The notes beneath the pieces were generated by a model. That model made no database searches and was not told where the DNA came from. It saw only the letters and a list, made by a program, of their open reading frames with translations. Position numbers and translations under genes: made by a program. DNA of 64,000 nt. It comes from Candidatus Uhrbacteria bacterium RIFCSPLOWO2_01_FULL_47_17. Lineage in GTDB: Bacteria > Patescibacteriota > Patescibacteriia > UBA9934 > GWF2-40-263. Positions 45,691 to 55,541 of this stretch are shown here, in pieces (the first letter of the stretch is position 1; the number at the start of each line of letters is the position of its first letter). Location of the stretch: the NCBI GenBank assembly GCA_001791305.1, contig MGEI01000004.1, positions 129,804 through 193,803 of the forward strand, written 5' to 3'.

Positions 45691-46596
45691 ATGATTCCAG
45701 GGTTTTTAATATCACTGCTCACATTTCCAGGTGTGGTTTTACATGAATTCGCTCATAAGAAATTTTGTGATTTGTTTAATGTAAAAGTTTTAAAGGTAAA
45801 TTACCTTACCTTGTCTGGTGACGGCTATGTTATTCATGAGAAGCCAAAAGACTTTAAATCAACCTTTTGGATTTCGGTGGGTCCATTAATTTTAAACTCT
45901 GTCTCTTGTTTTGTTTTGGGATTGATCACCGCATCACAAATTCTCCACGCCGGTGCTTTGTACTATTTAGCAGGCTGGCTAGCGATTTCATTCGGCGCAC
46001 ACTCCTTTCCAAGCAACCACGATGTCGAACATATCCTTAAGGAAAGCAAGAACAGAATCCAGAATAATGAAAGTTTTTTGCATTATCTTTCATACCCATT
46101 TGTCGGTCTTATAAAAATCGCTAATTTGTTACGATTTTTTTGGATTGATTTTTTGTGGGCGTTCTTGTTGATTGGATTTGCTTTTAACATTTTTAATCAA
46201 AACGTTTTTGCACAAGATTCAACACAAAAGAATAAAGCAGAACGACCTTCTGATACTTTGGTTGTTGGAGATTATTATTGTTCACGATTCCACGCTTCTG
46301 AATCAGAAAAGATTGATCCGATTAATAAAGAAGAGGTGAAAATGTTAGAAAATGAACTAATGGCCGATAATCTATACCTGGAGACACTCGCTAGCGAAAT
46401 CAAGAATATGCATGTAGATGAATACTCACAAGAGTCGATAGATAGATATAAGTTAAAAGTGAATTATTATGATCAAAAATTTGAAGAATATAACGATGCC
46501 TACTCGCTGTATTCATTCAAACGTGCTCTCTATAATGAGATGGCAGAAAAGTATAATAACTACCTTAAAGAGAATTGTGAAATGAGAAGTAATTAA
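45691..46596 (+). CDS. putative membrane-embedded zinc metalloprotease (HExxH; DUF3267-like)
   Basis: TATAAT 45651-45656 upstream; N-terminal LHEFAHKKF (HExxH) within a multi-TM region, soluble C-terminal half. Confidence 0.5.
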   Translation: MIPGFLISLLTFPGVVLHEFAHKKFCDLFNVKVLKVNYLTLSGDGYVIHEKPKDFKSTFWISVGPLILNSVSCFVLGLITASQILHAGALYYLAGWLAISFGAHSFPSNHDVEHILKESKNRIQNNESFLHYLSYPFVGLIKIANLLRFFWIDFLWAFLLIGFAFNIFNQNVFAQDSTQKNKAERPSDTLVVGDYYCSRFHASESEKIDPINKEEVKMLENELMADNLYLETLASEIKNMHVDEYSQESIDRYKLKVNYYDQKFEEYNDAYSLYSFKRALYNEMAEKYNNYLKENCEMRSN

Positions 46597-46697
46597 AGTT
46601 TCGAGTTGGTAAAAGAACCGTTTCTCCTCTAGATTTAGATGAGATCTGAAAAACTTATGGTCATATGACTCTAATTAGCTCATATTAGTTGAATTAT

Positions 46698-47162
46698 ATG
46701 CAAAAACTATTCATCTTACTTATAGTGGGACTGTTTTTAATGGTTGCTGTTCCAAGTCCTTCATTAGCGGTAAGTGTAAAAGGTTACTATAAAAAGAATG
46801 GCACTTATGTAGCACCCTATGTTCGAAGTAGTCCTAATGGTCTGAAATACGATAATTATGGCTATAAACCATCCCAAGGACTCTATAACAAGACATATGG
46901 AACAAATGGGTCTTATTGGAATACTCCTTCATATATCACTGATCCAAATTACTACAAAGAAAAAAGCTTTTATGATTCGAAGTCTGTAAGCTTGCCGTCT
47001 TATTCAACTTACGCAGCTCCGAGCTACAAGGCTGCTCCTATATATAAAGCACCAGTTTATTTGGCTCCAATCAATGTAAAATCATACAAAGATTGTACTA
47101 AAGGATTTGGTTATTCCTATATCATAAAAGATTGTATAGCTTTAGCACCAGGTTCGTTTTAA
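46698..47162 (+). CDS. secreted Tyr/Lys-rich hypothetical protein
   Basis: Signal peptide LFILLIVGLFLMVAVPSPSLA; repetitive Y/K/P-rich mature region with two Cys near the C-terminus. Confidence 0.45.
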   Translation: MQKLFILLIVGLFLMVAVPSPSLAVSVKGYYKKNGTYVAPYVRSSPNGLKYDNYGYKPSQGLYNKTYGTNGSYWNTPSYITDPNYYKEKSFYDSKSVSLPSYSTYAAPSYKAAPIYKAPVYLAPINVKSYKDCTKGFGYSYIIKDCIALAPGSF

Positions 47163-47181
47163 AATCATTTCAGAATTCCAT

Positions 47182-47210
47182 TTGACTAAACACTTAATTT
47201 CACCTATACT
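47182..47210 (+). promoter_or_regulatory. near-consensus sigma-70 promoter TTGACT-17-TATACT
   Basis: Hexamers 47182-47187 and 47205-47210. Confidence 0.55.
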
Positions 47211-47216
47211 TTAGGA

Positions 47217-47400
47217 GTAAAAGTGAAGAGGTAAGTTTGTGACCCTCACAAACCCCGCATCGTTCCCGTAAGGGTAGGTCATCAGGGAAATCTGCTGATG
47301 ACCACATACAATGCGCGGACTAACTGCAAAAGCGGTTGGGAGATTTCATCCAGTGTCGACTGGGTCAAACCTCCTGATCGCTTTTTACGTTTATTTATAA
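47217..47400 (+). ncRNA. candidate structured leader / small RNA (about 180 nt) between the promoter and the HD-hydrolase gene
   Basis: No ORF; stable hairpins TTTGTGA-CCC-TCACAAA, GGTCATCAG-GGAAATCTG-CTGATGACC (9 bp) and CCAGT-GTCG-ACTGG; 5' GGAGTAAAAGTGA and 3' CCTCCTGATCGCTTTTTAC could close a terminal helix. Confidence 0.3.
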
Positions 47401-47412
47401 CGATTAAAACTT

Positions 47413-47982
47413 ATGACTTTAGAAGAAGCATACGAACAATTTGAGAGACTCAACCCCCTCGCCGAGGCGTTGGTGATGAACAAGATTAAGGGCACACGTA
47501 AAGGTTTGCCAGACGAGAAGAATTATAAACATTCATTGCGAGTTCAGAAGCTCGTCATGGACTGCCATCACTGGGACGACCCCGATCATGACGTTTTTTT
47601 GGCCGCTATTTTGCATGATGTGATCGAGGATGGTGGTGTGACATTTGATGAGTTAAGAGCGAATGGTTTTTCAGAACGAACAATTGAGCTTGTGCAACTC
47701 TGCACTCACCAGCTGGATGTTGAAAATAAGACAGAACGATGGGTACTCATGATCGCAAAGTTGATCGAGGCAAGAGATGAGGATGCGTGGCGTATCAAGC
47801 TCGCTGATCTTACAGATAATCTGAAACAATCTCGAGGTCTTACAGTCGAGAATCGAAACTTTATGGTTGAGGTAAAAGCACCTCTGATGTTGCGCCTGAC
47901 TGAGCAATATATCTTCATTGGGAAAGCGTGGGGTACGTTAGTGGAGGAAATGGAGAAACAACACAAAGACATGATTGCTTGA
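47413..47982 (+). CDS. HD-domain (p)ppGpp hydrolase-like protein (small alarmone hydrolase, SpoT/Mesh1-type)
   Basis: H...HD motif (SLRVQKLV ... AAILHDVIEDGG) and KLADLTDNL, matching the RelA/SpoT hydrolase HD fold; 189 aa, no synthetase domain. Confidence 0.65.
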   Translation: MTLEEAYEQFERLNPLAEALVMNKIKGTRKGLPDEKNYKHSLRVQKLVMDCHHWDDPDHDVFLAAILHDVIEDGGVTFDELRANGFSERTIELVQLCTHQLDVENKTERWVLMIAKLIEARDEDAWRIKLADLTDNLKQSRGLTVENRNFMVEVKAPLMLRLTEQYIFIGKAWGTLVEEMEKQHKDMIA

Positions 47983-48151
47983 TTTTCTAGTGCAACACAT
48001 AACGATTGATTGGTTGAGAAAAACTCGATACAGCTATGTGCATCAATGGGATCACTAAACACAATCTTTCACCGTAAGCTTTGGTATCGAAATATAACCA
48101 TCATGCGCCTCAATCGCGGTTCTTACTTCCTCGATGATGCGGAGCCATACA

Positions 48152-48183
48152 AAAAACCCCAGCTTTACGTTGGGGTTTTTTGT
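48152..48183 (+). terminator. intrinsic terminator
   Basis: aaaaaacccca-gctttacgt-tggggtttttt. Confidence 0.65.
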
Positions 48184-48234
48184 TTATACCCAAGTAGAGG
48201 CGTGAACTGGTATACTAAATAGGGTATTTATTTC

Positions 48235-48906
48235 ATGATTGGATTCAACAGAAACGTAATGTCATCTATGAAAAATTTTGCACGGCATAAAACAACCCGG
48301 TTGTCTGTGTTGTTGGCAATGACACTTTTATTATTCGTGTTATTGTTGGGTATCCTTCTTGGTTTCACCTACCAGAAAATTGCACATGACAAGAAGATCG
48401 CCGCATTTCCCGCTAATGTTCCTTCGATCGCTTCGTCTTTCGTACAAGATGAAACAACAATTACAGACAATGATATTCCACAATCTTTTCTTCAGGCGAA
48501 GTATCGTGTGTTAGGGGTTTATACGAGTGGAAAAGACAAAGATATTAAAAATCTGGCAAACCAAGTTGCTTTAGTTGTTGCGAATGAAAATAATACTGAT
48601 TACGGGAATGACGATCTTTGCGGTTCCATGTATTCACCGTTGGTTTGTTATTTCTTTATCCAACCACTTTATGTTTTTGGGGCTCCAGATGCCGACAGAT
48701 ATCTAGGAAAGTTAGACGGTCAAGGGGCTTTTAATCCCGGGACATTAAAATTTATAGATCCGGATAAGGTAGAGTTTCAAACCGCTGATGGCGATGCGGG
48801 CTATAGCATGACGAAAACTTGGGAGCTGAATCTGACGAGTGGAAAATTCACTTTACTTGATACAGAGACGATTGAGCCCGAGACGTTTGAAGCAAAAAAT
48901 GATTGA
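48235..48906 (+). CDS. membrane-anchored hypothetical protein (223 aa)
   Basis: TATACT 48211-48216 upstream; N-terminal TM (LSVLLAMTLLLFVLLLGILLGF); no known domain. Confidence 0.45.
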   Translation: MIGFNRNVMSSMKNFARHKTTRLSVLLAMTLLLFVLLLGILLGFTYQKIAHDKKIAAFPANVPSIASSFVQDETTITDNDIPQSFLQAKYRVLGVYTSGKDKDIKNLANQVALVVANENNTDYGNDDLCGSMYSPLVCYFFIQPLYVFGAPDADRYLGKLDGQGAFNPGTLKFIDPDKVEFQTADGDAGYSMTKTWELNLTSGKFTLLDTETIEPETFEAKND

Positions 48907-48912
48907 AATTAT

Positions 48913-50253
48913 ATGACAAAACGTATTTCCATCCCAACATCTTGGCGCAACACTGGAGTCTTGGCTTTTCTTGTGCTCATGTTATTTTTGCTATTTGAAA
49001 GTACTCACGCAAACGTATGCGCTTTAAATAAGAACTACGCATACAAGGCTCCGAGTTCTTCCGCCATTTATTTCATTACAGAGACTTGCACAAAACGTGC
49101 GTTCACGAACGAGATGATCTTTTTTACGTATTTTCCATCGTGGGGTCATGTTGAAGCTGCGCCGACTTTATTGTTAAAGAAAATACCGAACGATGCGCTC
49201 GGGTTTATGCCGTATGGACCACTGTATGATCCACAATATGGTGCACTCGTGAAGACTGTGACGGATCCAAAAGTGTATTTGTTGCTTGATGGGAAAAAAT
49301 ATTGGATCACTTCTGAAATGATTTTTACGAAATTACGTTATCGATGGAATTGGATTGAAGATGTTGATTCACGCCTTCTTTTGCAGTATCAATCGGGAGG
49401 AGAAATAACAGAAACACACAGGCATCTGAATGGAACGCTGATCAAGTATGAAGGGGATCCGGCGGTTTATCGGCTAGAAGATCAAAATGGAAAACAAGTG
49501 AAACGTCATATTGCTTCAGAAGAAGTTTTTAAGAGTTTGAAGTTCCGTTCGGATCGTATCATCACAATTTCTCAAGATGAAAGCTATCCCGACGGATCTC
49601 CCATTTCAGAAAAAATTGTCCAAAGCCCATCGCAAGCGGATCCATCGTGTGTGAAAAATATAACCCCCGTCTTCACGCACCATCTTGTAGATCCGAAGTT
49701 GGTCACAAATATCGTCCCACCACCGAATATTCATAAAGCGAGCGGACACTTGAAAACACACAGTTATCTCAATACCACATCCGTAGGGATTCCTATTTAT
49801 GCTCCTGTGGACATGTCGTTGTTTAACGGAGCCCACTATGTTGGTGGTCCGTATTCGTTAGATTTTCGTGTGAGTTGTGAAGTTCGGTTGCGATTAGCTC
49901 ACATTGATCCAGTGCAAAAAATTAAAGACGCCCTGCCAAAAGAGGCAAAACTTGATTCAAAAGATACGGCGGTAAACCCACCCATCACATTTAAGGCTGG
50001 CGAAGTTATCGCCTATATTTATCAAGATGTGGGGGTTTTGAGTGTCGGATTGGATTTTGGGGTTTATCATCAGGATCGACCTAACCGATATGCTTCAAGC
50101 ACCAACCCCGAAATTCTTCAGAGTGTTATTTATACTCGAGCCGTTTGTCCATACGAATTTTTTACGAAGGAATTGAACTCCAGCTATCGATCAAAATTTG
50201 ATCTTATTGGGCAAGAAGGATTGGTAAAAGACGGTGTTTCGTTTTGCGATTGA
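48913..50253 (+). CDS. secreted hypothetical protein (446 aa)
   Basis: Signal-anchor at the N-terminus, Cys-containing extracellular domain; no confident domain assignment. Confidence 0.5.
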   Translation: MTKRISIPTSWRNTGVLAFLVLMLFLLFESTHANVCALNKNYAYKAPSSSAIYFITETCTKRAFTNEMIFFTYFPSWGHVEAAPTLLLKKIPNDALGFMPYGPLYDPQYGALVKTVTDPKVYLLLDGKKYWITSEMIFTKLRYRWNWIEDVDSRLLLQYQSGGEITETHRHLNGTLIKYEGDPAVYRLEDQNGKQVKRHIASEEVFKSLKFRSDRIITISQDESYPDGSPISEKIVQSPSQADPSCVKNITPVFTHHLVDPKLVTNIVPPPNIHKASGHLKTHSYLNTTSVGIPIYAPVDMSLFNGAHYVGGPYSLDFRVSCEVRLRLAHIDPVQKIKDALPKEAKLDSKDTAVNPPITFKAGEVIAYIYQDVGVLSVGLDFGVYHQDRPNRYASSTNPEILQSVIYTRAVCPYEFFTKELNSSYRSKFDLIGQEGLVKDGVSFCD

Positions 50254-50309
50254 GACAAGACCCGATCGACATTTTGTTTAAGAAGATAATAACTCGCTCA
50301 TCGTAAGTT

Positions 50310-50780
50310 TTGCCATCAAAATTTCTTATTATGCAAACTGAACACTACCGCAGTCTTGTCGCCGTCTATGTCATGGCAGTTAACGATCGCGAAGAGATTC
50401 TTTTGCTCCGACGCGCCAATACCGGCTATCGCGATGGTTTTTATGATATGCCTGCTGGGCATCTTGAAGAAGGAGAAACATTACGGCAGGCAGCTTTGCG
50501 TGAACTCAAAGAGGAAACAGGGCTCGTTGTGTCTGAGGATCAGCTCGAATTCATGGAGCTTCTTCATCGCATGTCTGGTGATCGCGTTTATTTAGATGTA
50601 TTTTTCGAAGTGAAACAGTGGAATGGCGAAGCTTGTATTATGGAACCAGAAAAGTGCGACCATCTTGCATGGTTTCCCCTCGGGTCACTTCCGGAAAATA
50701 TTGTTCCACATCAACACCAGGTTCTTCAAGACAGATCTGAACAATGTGCCTATCGCGAGATTTGGGAAAGCATTGTCTGA
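50310..50780 (+). CDS. NUDIX hydrolase
   Basis: Nudix box AGHLEEGETLRQAALRELKEETGL (GX5EX7REUXEEXGU). Confidence 0.75.
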   Translation: MPSKFLIMQTEHYRSLVAVYVMAVNDREEILLLRRANTGYRDGFYDMPAGHLEEGETLRQAALRELKEETGLVVSEDQLEFMELLHRMSGDRVYLDVFFEVKQWNGEACIMEPEKCDHLAWFPLGSLPENIVPHQHQVLQDRSEQCAYREIWESIV

Positions 50781-50813
50781 TATACTTAAAGTATTATTTG
50801 AAAAACCAATATT

Positions 50814-51137
50814 ATGCTCAACACCAAGATCCTCAAACAAAGTTTGTCATTTTCGTTCTTAGCCGTTCTCTACGTCGTGATGATCTCGACGATCATGCAA
50901 AATGCATCTCGTTTCATCGGATCCGACAACGATAGCATGTTTGCACCCATGGTCTTTCTGCTTCTCCTCGTGATTTCTGCTGCAACAATGGGAGTGTTGA
51001 TTTTTGGAAAGCCAGTCATGTTATACATCGACGGCAAGAAACGCGAGGCTGTTCAGATGGTTGCGTACACCATCAGCTGTCTTGCGATTTTTACCGTTCT
51101 GCTTTTTGTTGTGATTGCTGTTTCGCGTGTCGTTTAA
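50814..51137 (+). CDS. small membrane protein (107 aa)
   Basis: Three hydrophobic helices. Confidence 0.35.
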   Translation: MLNTKILKQSLSFSFLAVLYVVMISTIMQNASRFIGSDNDSMFAPMVFLLLLVISAATMGVLIFGKPVMLYIDGKKREAVQMVAYTISCLAIFTVLLFVVIAVSRVV

Positions 51138-51147
51138 AGGGTCTCGT

Positions 51148-51639
51148 ATGCAAAAAACAAAAACAGCCATTTTTGCCGGAGGGTGTTTTTGGGGAATGGA
51201 AGAGTTGTTTCGAGCGCGACCAGGAGTGATCGAAACGGAAGTGGGATACACGGGTGGGGAGAATGAGCGTCCGACGTATGAAAATCATCCTGGACATGCG
51301 GAAGCGATTCGGATTGAGTATGATCCGAGCATGACATCATATCGCGAACTGTTGGACTTCTTTTTTCAGATGCACGACCCGACAACAAAAAATCGTCAAG
51401 GGAATGATGTCGGTACGTCCTATCGTTCCTCGATTTTTTATGCGACGGACGAGGAAAAGAATGAAGCGCAAGAATTTATCGACCTCGTAAATGCTTCTCA
51501 TCGATGGCCAAATCCAGTCGTGACAACTCTCGAACCTCTCAAGGAATTTTATCCCGCCGAGTCTTCGCATCAAGATTATCTCCAAAAAAATCCGCATGGG
51601 TACACGTGTCACCGCATCCGATTCGGAAGTTACCTTTGA
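51148..51639 (+). CDS. msrA: peptide methionine sulfoxide reductase MsrA
   Basis: Active-site GGCFWG motif ([13 protein letters not shown]) and overall MsrA length; AAAGGG SD then ATG 51148. Confidence 0.85.
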   Translation: MQKTKTAIFAGGCFWGMEELFRARPGVIETEVGYTGGENERPTYENHPGHAEAIRIEYDPSMTSYRELLDFFFQMHDPTTKNRQGNDVGTSYRSSIFYATDEEKNEAQEFIDLVNASHRWPNPVVTTLEPLKEFYPAESSHQDYLQKNPHGYTCHRIRFGSYL

Positions 51640-51671
51640 TTTTTTATCTAACATCGATCGACGATCTTTTT

Positions 51672-52367
51672 ATGGAACGCCCGCGCTTTGAGATCATGGT
51701 GAATACTCGACCAAAAGAACAAAAAGAAAAAGAAGAACTTCCAAAAATTGGGAGTATGAAAGAATTTTTGATGCGTTTGAGAGAGGTTTGCCCAGATATT
51801 TCTGACGCGGAGATCGCGAGTTTTAAGATGGCGAAACCTCTGTTTAAAGGGCTGTCTCCGGAAAAGCGCGTGCATGCGAGGAATGTTTCGCTTCGTGTTG
51901 CTCGGATGTTGCCTGAACATCAGGTGATTCTTGGCGCGCTTCTTCACGACACACAAGAACAAATTCCAAAAGAGTATTTGGCCCTCAAAAAAGAATTGCC
52001 ACAGACAGTTGCGGATCTTGTGGATGCATTATCGGAAGATGCATCTCATGTAGAAGGGGAAGAGAATGCACCGTTTGCACACTTGAAGGCCGTACTTCCA
52101 ACACTCTCGTCAGAGTTCAGAAATCGTGTGATTCTCATTAAGCTTGCGGATCGACTGGATAATTTACAAAAGAGACGTCAGGACGGAAAGATTCCAAAAG
52201 GGTATCGAAAAAAATCAAAAGAATTGATCGCGTATCTTGAATCCGAGTTTCGTCCCAATGAATCCGATCCTCTCAACGAGCTTGTTTTTCGTCGGGTAAA
52301 AAATGAACTCGCGCAATTGTTGACGCCAACCAAAGAACACAAAGAACGATTCAAAGAAGCTGCATAA
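51672..52367 (+). CDS. HD-domain (p)ppGpp hydrolase-like protein, second copy (SpoT-type HD fold)
   Basis: LGALLHDTQEQ and IKLADRLDNLQK motifs; ATG 51672 in frame with track ORF 51504. Confidence 0.55.
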   Translation: MERPRFEIMVNTRPKEQKEKEELPKIGSMKEFLMRLREVCPDISDAEIASFKMAKPLFKGLSPEKRVHARNVSLRVARMLPEHQVILGALLHDTQEQIPKEYLALKKELPQTVADLVDALSEDASHVEGEENAPFAHLKAVLPTLSSEFRNRVILIKLADRLDNLQKRRQDGKIPKGYRKKSKELIAYLESEFRPNESDPLNELVFRRVKNELAQLLTPTKEHKERFKEAA

Positions 52368-52396
52368 GTAAGAAAGTATCAGTCTGGAAAATAAAA

Positions 52397-52419
52397 ACTC
52401 GAGCACATGTGGTGCTCGA
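52397..52419. terminator. bidirectional terminator
   Basis: ctcgagcac-atgtg-gtgctcgag perfect 9-bp hairpin between convergent genes. Confidence 0.55.
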
Positions 52420-52434
52420 GGAGATGTCTGTATT

Positions 52435-52932
52435 TTAGCAATACAGGCAGTGCTGAAGTTTGTGGATGGCTTCTGTCCAGGTTTTTGCCTCCAGGTTTTC
52501 CATGTAGTGATCTCCTGACCAACACGCATGAATACCTGACGCAAGAACCATGACAAAGCTGCGACGCTCTCCCATCTTCACGGCCGCAATCGGCTCGTTG
52601 TTGTGGAAGAGCATCACGTTGTCTGAAACAACGATTGGCTGTTTATCACCCGTCCAGATCAATCCACCGCGAGATGGATGAAAGACAAAGGTACCGACAG
52701 GACGTGAGTCCCGTTCAATGGACACGATGTCATAATGAGCACGAGGTTGCGATCGATCGCCGTAAACCATCCAGCGAGCGGATGGCCAATCGACGTATTC
52801 GAGACGAAGGGGCAGGATCACGAGAATCTCCGAGTTCTGATCGAACACGCGACACCTCCGTAGAAAACAATGGTTGAAACGCATGAACACGCGGGTAGAC
52901 AGCCAAAGCTGTTTTTCTCTTCGCGTGATCAA
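52435..52932 (-). CDS. hypothetical protein with C-terminal Cys/His cluster
   Basis: 165-aa ORF (start uncertain); ...GIHACWSGDHYMENLEAKTWTEAIHKLQHCLYC; no domain recognised. Confidence 0.35.
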   Translation of the reverse strand: MITRREKQLWLSTRVFMRFNHCFLRRCRVFDQNSEILVILPLRLEYVDWPSARWMVYGDRSQPRAHYDIVSIERDSRPVGTFVFHPSRGGLIWTGDKQPIVVSDNVMLFHNNEPIAAVKMGERRSFVMVLASGIHACWSGDHYMENLEAKTWTEAIHKLQHCLYC

Positions 52933-53136
52933 TCACGTCTCAAAACACTTGCTCCTACGAAGCATGCCGGATTCGTCTGAATCCCATAAAATCGCGCTCT
53001 GGCGTTTTTTGGGCGAACTCGTCTTGCTTGTGCAGACCTGCCGGAATGTAAATCCTGCAGATTTGAACCGATGAACTTAACAGCTTTTATCGTATTTGTC
53101 AAGGGTTTTCAAAAGTGATCAAAGAAAAATACCCAA

Positions 53137-53565
53137 TTATTGGGTATTTTTCTTTTTGTTCTTTTTTGCACACGGACTGCACAAACATCCTTTTGGTTTG
53201 ATAAATGCATTCCAATATTCTTTGCCGTAGTTATAAACGACCTCCTCGTTTGGCTTGATTTGTTTTGTGGAGAAGAGAAACACGTGATTTCCGGAAATGC
53301 GCACTTCCGCATTCGGGCGACAGCTGTGGTTTGCGTAACGTGCGGTGTTTTTGTGCGTGGTTCCTACAATCGTTTTCCCATTTTCGAGTTCAAAAAGATA
53401 TCGACCGCCAATTTTTTGTGCCTCGTCATCGGTTACGAGGTTGCCCCAGTATTCAATCACGAACCGATTTTTTGGAATTTCATCCATCGCAAAAAGACCG
53501 TGCCCCGTTGCACTTTTACGGACACGTGTCAGATGTTTTGGCTCGCGAGGGAATGAAAATTTCAT
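53137..53565 (-). CDS. SET-domain protein (putative protein-lysine methyltransferase)
   Basis: SET motifs GHGLFA, RYANHSCRPN, EEVVYNYG and post-SET Cys cluster CLCSPC. Confidence 0.75.
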   Translation of the reverse strand: MKFSFPREPKHLTRVRKSATGHGLFAMDEIPKNRFVIEYWGNLVTDDEAQKIGGRYLFELENGKTIVGTTHKNTARYANHSCRPNAEVRISGNHVFLFSTKQIKPNEEVVYNYGKEYWNAFIKPKGCLCSPCAKKNKKKNTQ

Positions 53566-53636
53566 AAAGAAGTTTGAAGTTTAGCAGATCTTTGCCATTT
53601 AGGCAAGATAAGGAAATTACGCTATACTCAACGAAC

Positions 53637-55481
53637 ATGACGCAAAATAATTTTGATAAGTCTATTGTTTTGGAAGAGGCGAAGGATCATATTGCGGCAA
53701 TTCAAAACGCTATTGAGCAAGAATCAAAATCCGTAGAATTATCTGCTGAGAAGCTTAAAAGATCTTCCGGTGGGTATGATGACGCAACGCGAGACAAAAT
53801 CCTCGCGCATTTTGCGGTTCGCGAAGATCAGTTGCATCAGCTCGCGCCAAGCCCGTATTTTGTACGATGCGATGTTCTCACCGAGAATGGGGAAGCGAAG
53901 CCGTACTACTTCGCCAAGTTTCCGTTCATGGAACAGTCTATCTTCTCCTGGATGTCACCCGCAGCTCGCCTCCGGTTCTCGGACATCGGCCAAACTTCTT
54001 ACCAACTTCAGGACGGGACGGTTCGAACGGGGGAGCTCAAGCGCAAGGATCAGTTCATGATCGTGAGTGGAAAAATTGTGTTCATGACGAGCGAGTCGGA
54101 TGTGTATGGGCGTACGCTCGTATATCAAGAAAAGTTGTCGCAGAAAAAAGGGGGATTCATGCTTCCAGAAATCGTGGAGCGCATGGAGCGCGCGCAGGAT
54201 GATGTCATTCGTGCACTGGCTCAGGGATCGTTTCTGATTGCCGGTCCAGCAGGATCTGGAAAGACCACGCTCGCGTTTCACCGCATCGCGTATTTATTAC
54301 AGTCGCCAGACACTGCGTCGAAGTTCTCATCGAAAAACGTGATCGTTTTCGTTCAAGATGAAGGAACAAAGGCATATTTCTCGAAGTTGCTTCCAGATCT
54401 CGGAATCCACGATGTGTTCGTCACAACATTTGGAGAGTGGGCGATGGAACGCTTGTCGATCAAGGACGCGAGCTTTGTGCGAAGACCAAACGGCGTTGAT
54501 GACGCAATTGATGCGTACGAGCATCGCAAGTGTATCGCGTTGCGTTCGCATGTTCTTCTCGAGAAATCCGCCGGCAAATCAAAAGACCTTTTTAAAACAC
54601 TTGAACACATTTATAGTTCAGTATTTCTCGAACAAGATCTCGCTCGATTCAAACAACAGGCACGCGATCGAGAGCTCGATCGTTTCGACCTGACCCTCTT
54701 GTTGCAGCTCGAGCGAGAAGCTAAGGGGCTTTTCGAGAAGCTCGAGGAGTATCTCATTCAAAAGAAGAACTTCGTCGTCACCCGAAAGACTCGATCTGTC
54801 CCGCTCATCTATTCTTTGATCGTGGTCGACGAAGCCCAGAACTATTTGCCAGAACAAGTGACGCTTCTTCGAACGTGTGTCTCGAATGACACACAAGCCA
54901 TGCTCTACGTCGGCGACCTCGGCCAGCAAGTTCTGCTCGGTACTATGCGCAAATGGTCGCACGCGGGCGAGGACTTCGCGAGCGGACAAAAGGTTCAGCT
55001 CGAAAAGGTGTATCGAAACACAAAAGCGATTCTCTCGTACATCGCATCCCTCGGATTCGAAGTTTCTGTCCCGGAAGGATTACGCGAGGGAATCTCGGTC
55101 ACAGACGAAGTTTGTTCCTCGACACAGGAAGAACTTGAACGGATTCGAGAAGTGATCGAAACAAAAGACACACAGACACAGGTTGGAATTCTGAGTCCGT
55201 CGGCGGATTATCTGGATGTTTTTCGTGAAGTATTTCGAGAGCGCACGAATGTCCATGTACTAACGATCCACGAATCTCAGGGTGTGGAATTCGATGAGGT
55301 TTACCTCGTCGGTGTGCCTTCGGACTACTTGGTCGAGACGCAAGCGATCTCGGACGAATTCGCTGAGGAGCGACTGCGAATTAAGCGCGACCTCATTTAT
55401 GTGGCGCTGACGCGTGCCATGGAGCATGTCTCGATACTTGGTCGAAAACGGCTGTTCGAGATTTTCACCTCCAAACATTGA
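53637..55481 (+). CDS. UvrD/Rep-family helicase, HelD (helicase IV)-like
   Basis: N-terminal HelD-type segment (SPYFVRCDV...GEAKPYYFAK...IFSWMSPAARLRF), Walker A AGPAGSGKTTLA, DEAQN (Walker B), UvrD-like C-terminal domain; TATACT 53623-53628 sits 9 nt upstream of the ATG (track ORF starts at TTG 53574). Confidence 0.7.
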   Translation: MTQNNFDKSIVLEEAKDHIAAIQNAIEQESKSVELSAEKLKRSSGGYDDATRDKILAHFAVREDQLHQLAPSPYFVRCDVLTENGEAKPYYFAKFPFMEQSIFSWMSPAARLRFSDIGQTSYQLQDGTVRTGELKRKDQFMIVSGKIVFMTSESDVYGRTLVYQEKLSQKKGGFMLPEIVERMERAQDDVIRALAQGSFLIAGPAGSGKTTLAFHRIAYLLQSPDTASKFSSKNVIVFVQDEGTKAYFSKLLPDLGIHDVFVTTFGEWAMERLSIKDASFVRRPNGVDDAIDAYEHRKCIALRSHVLLEKSAGKSKDLFKTLEHIYSSVFLEQDLARFKQQARDRELDRFDLTLLLQLEREAKGLFEKLEEYLIQKKNFVVTRKTRSVPLIYSLIVVDEAQNYLPEQVTLLRTCVSNDTQAMLYVGDLGQQVLLGTMRKWSHAGEDFASGQKVQLEKVYRNTKAILSYIASLGFEVSVPEGLREGISVTDEVCSSTQEELERIREVIETKDTQTQVGILSPSADYLDVFREVFRERTNVHVLTIHESQGVEFDEVYLVGVPSDYLVETQAISDEFAEERLRIKRDLIYVALTRAMEHVSILGRKRLFEIFTSKH

Positions 55482-55541
55482 CATAAAGCGCTTTCGCCTG
55501 TAGCATTGCGGGATTCTGTTAATCAACAGAGCGAAAAAAAT

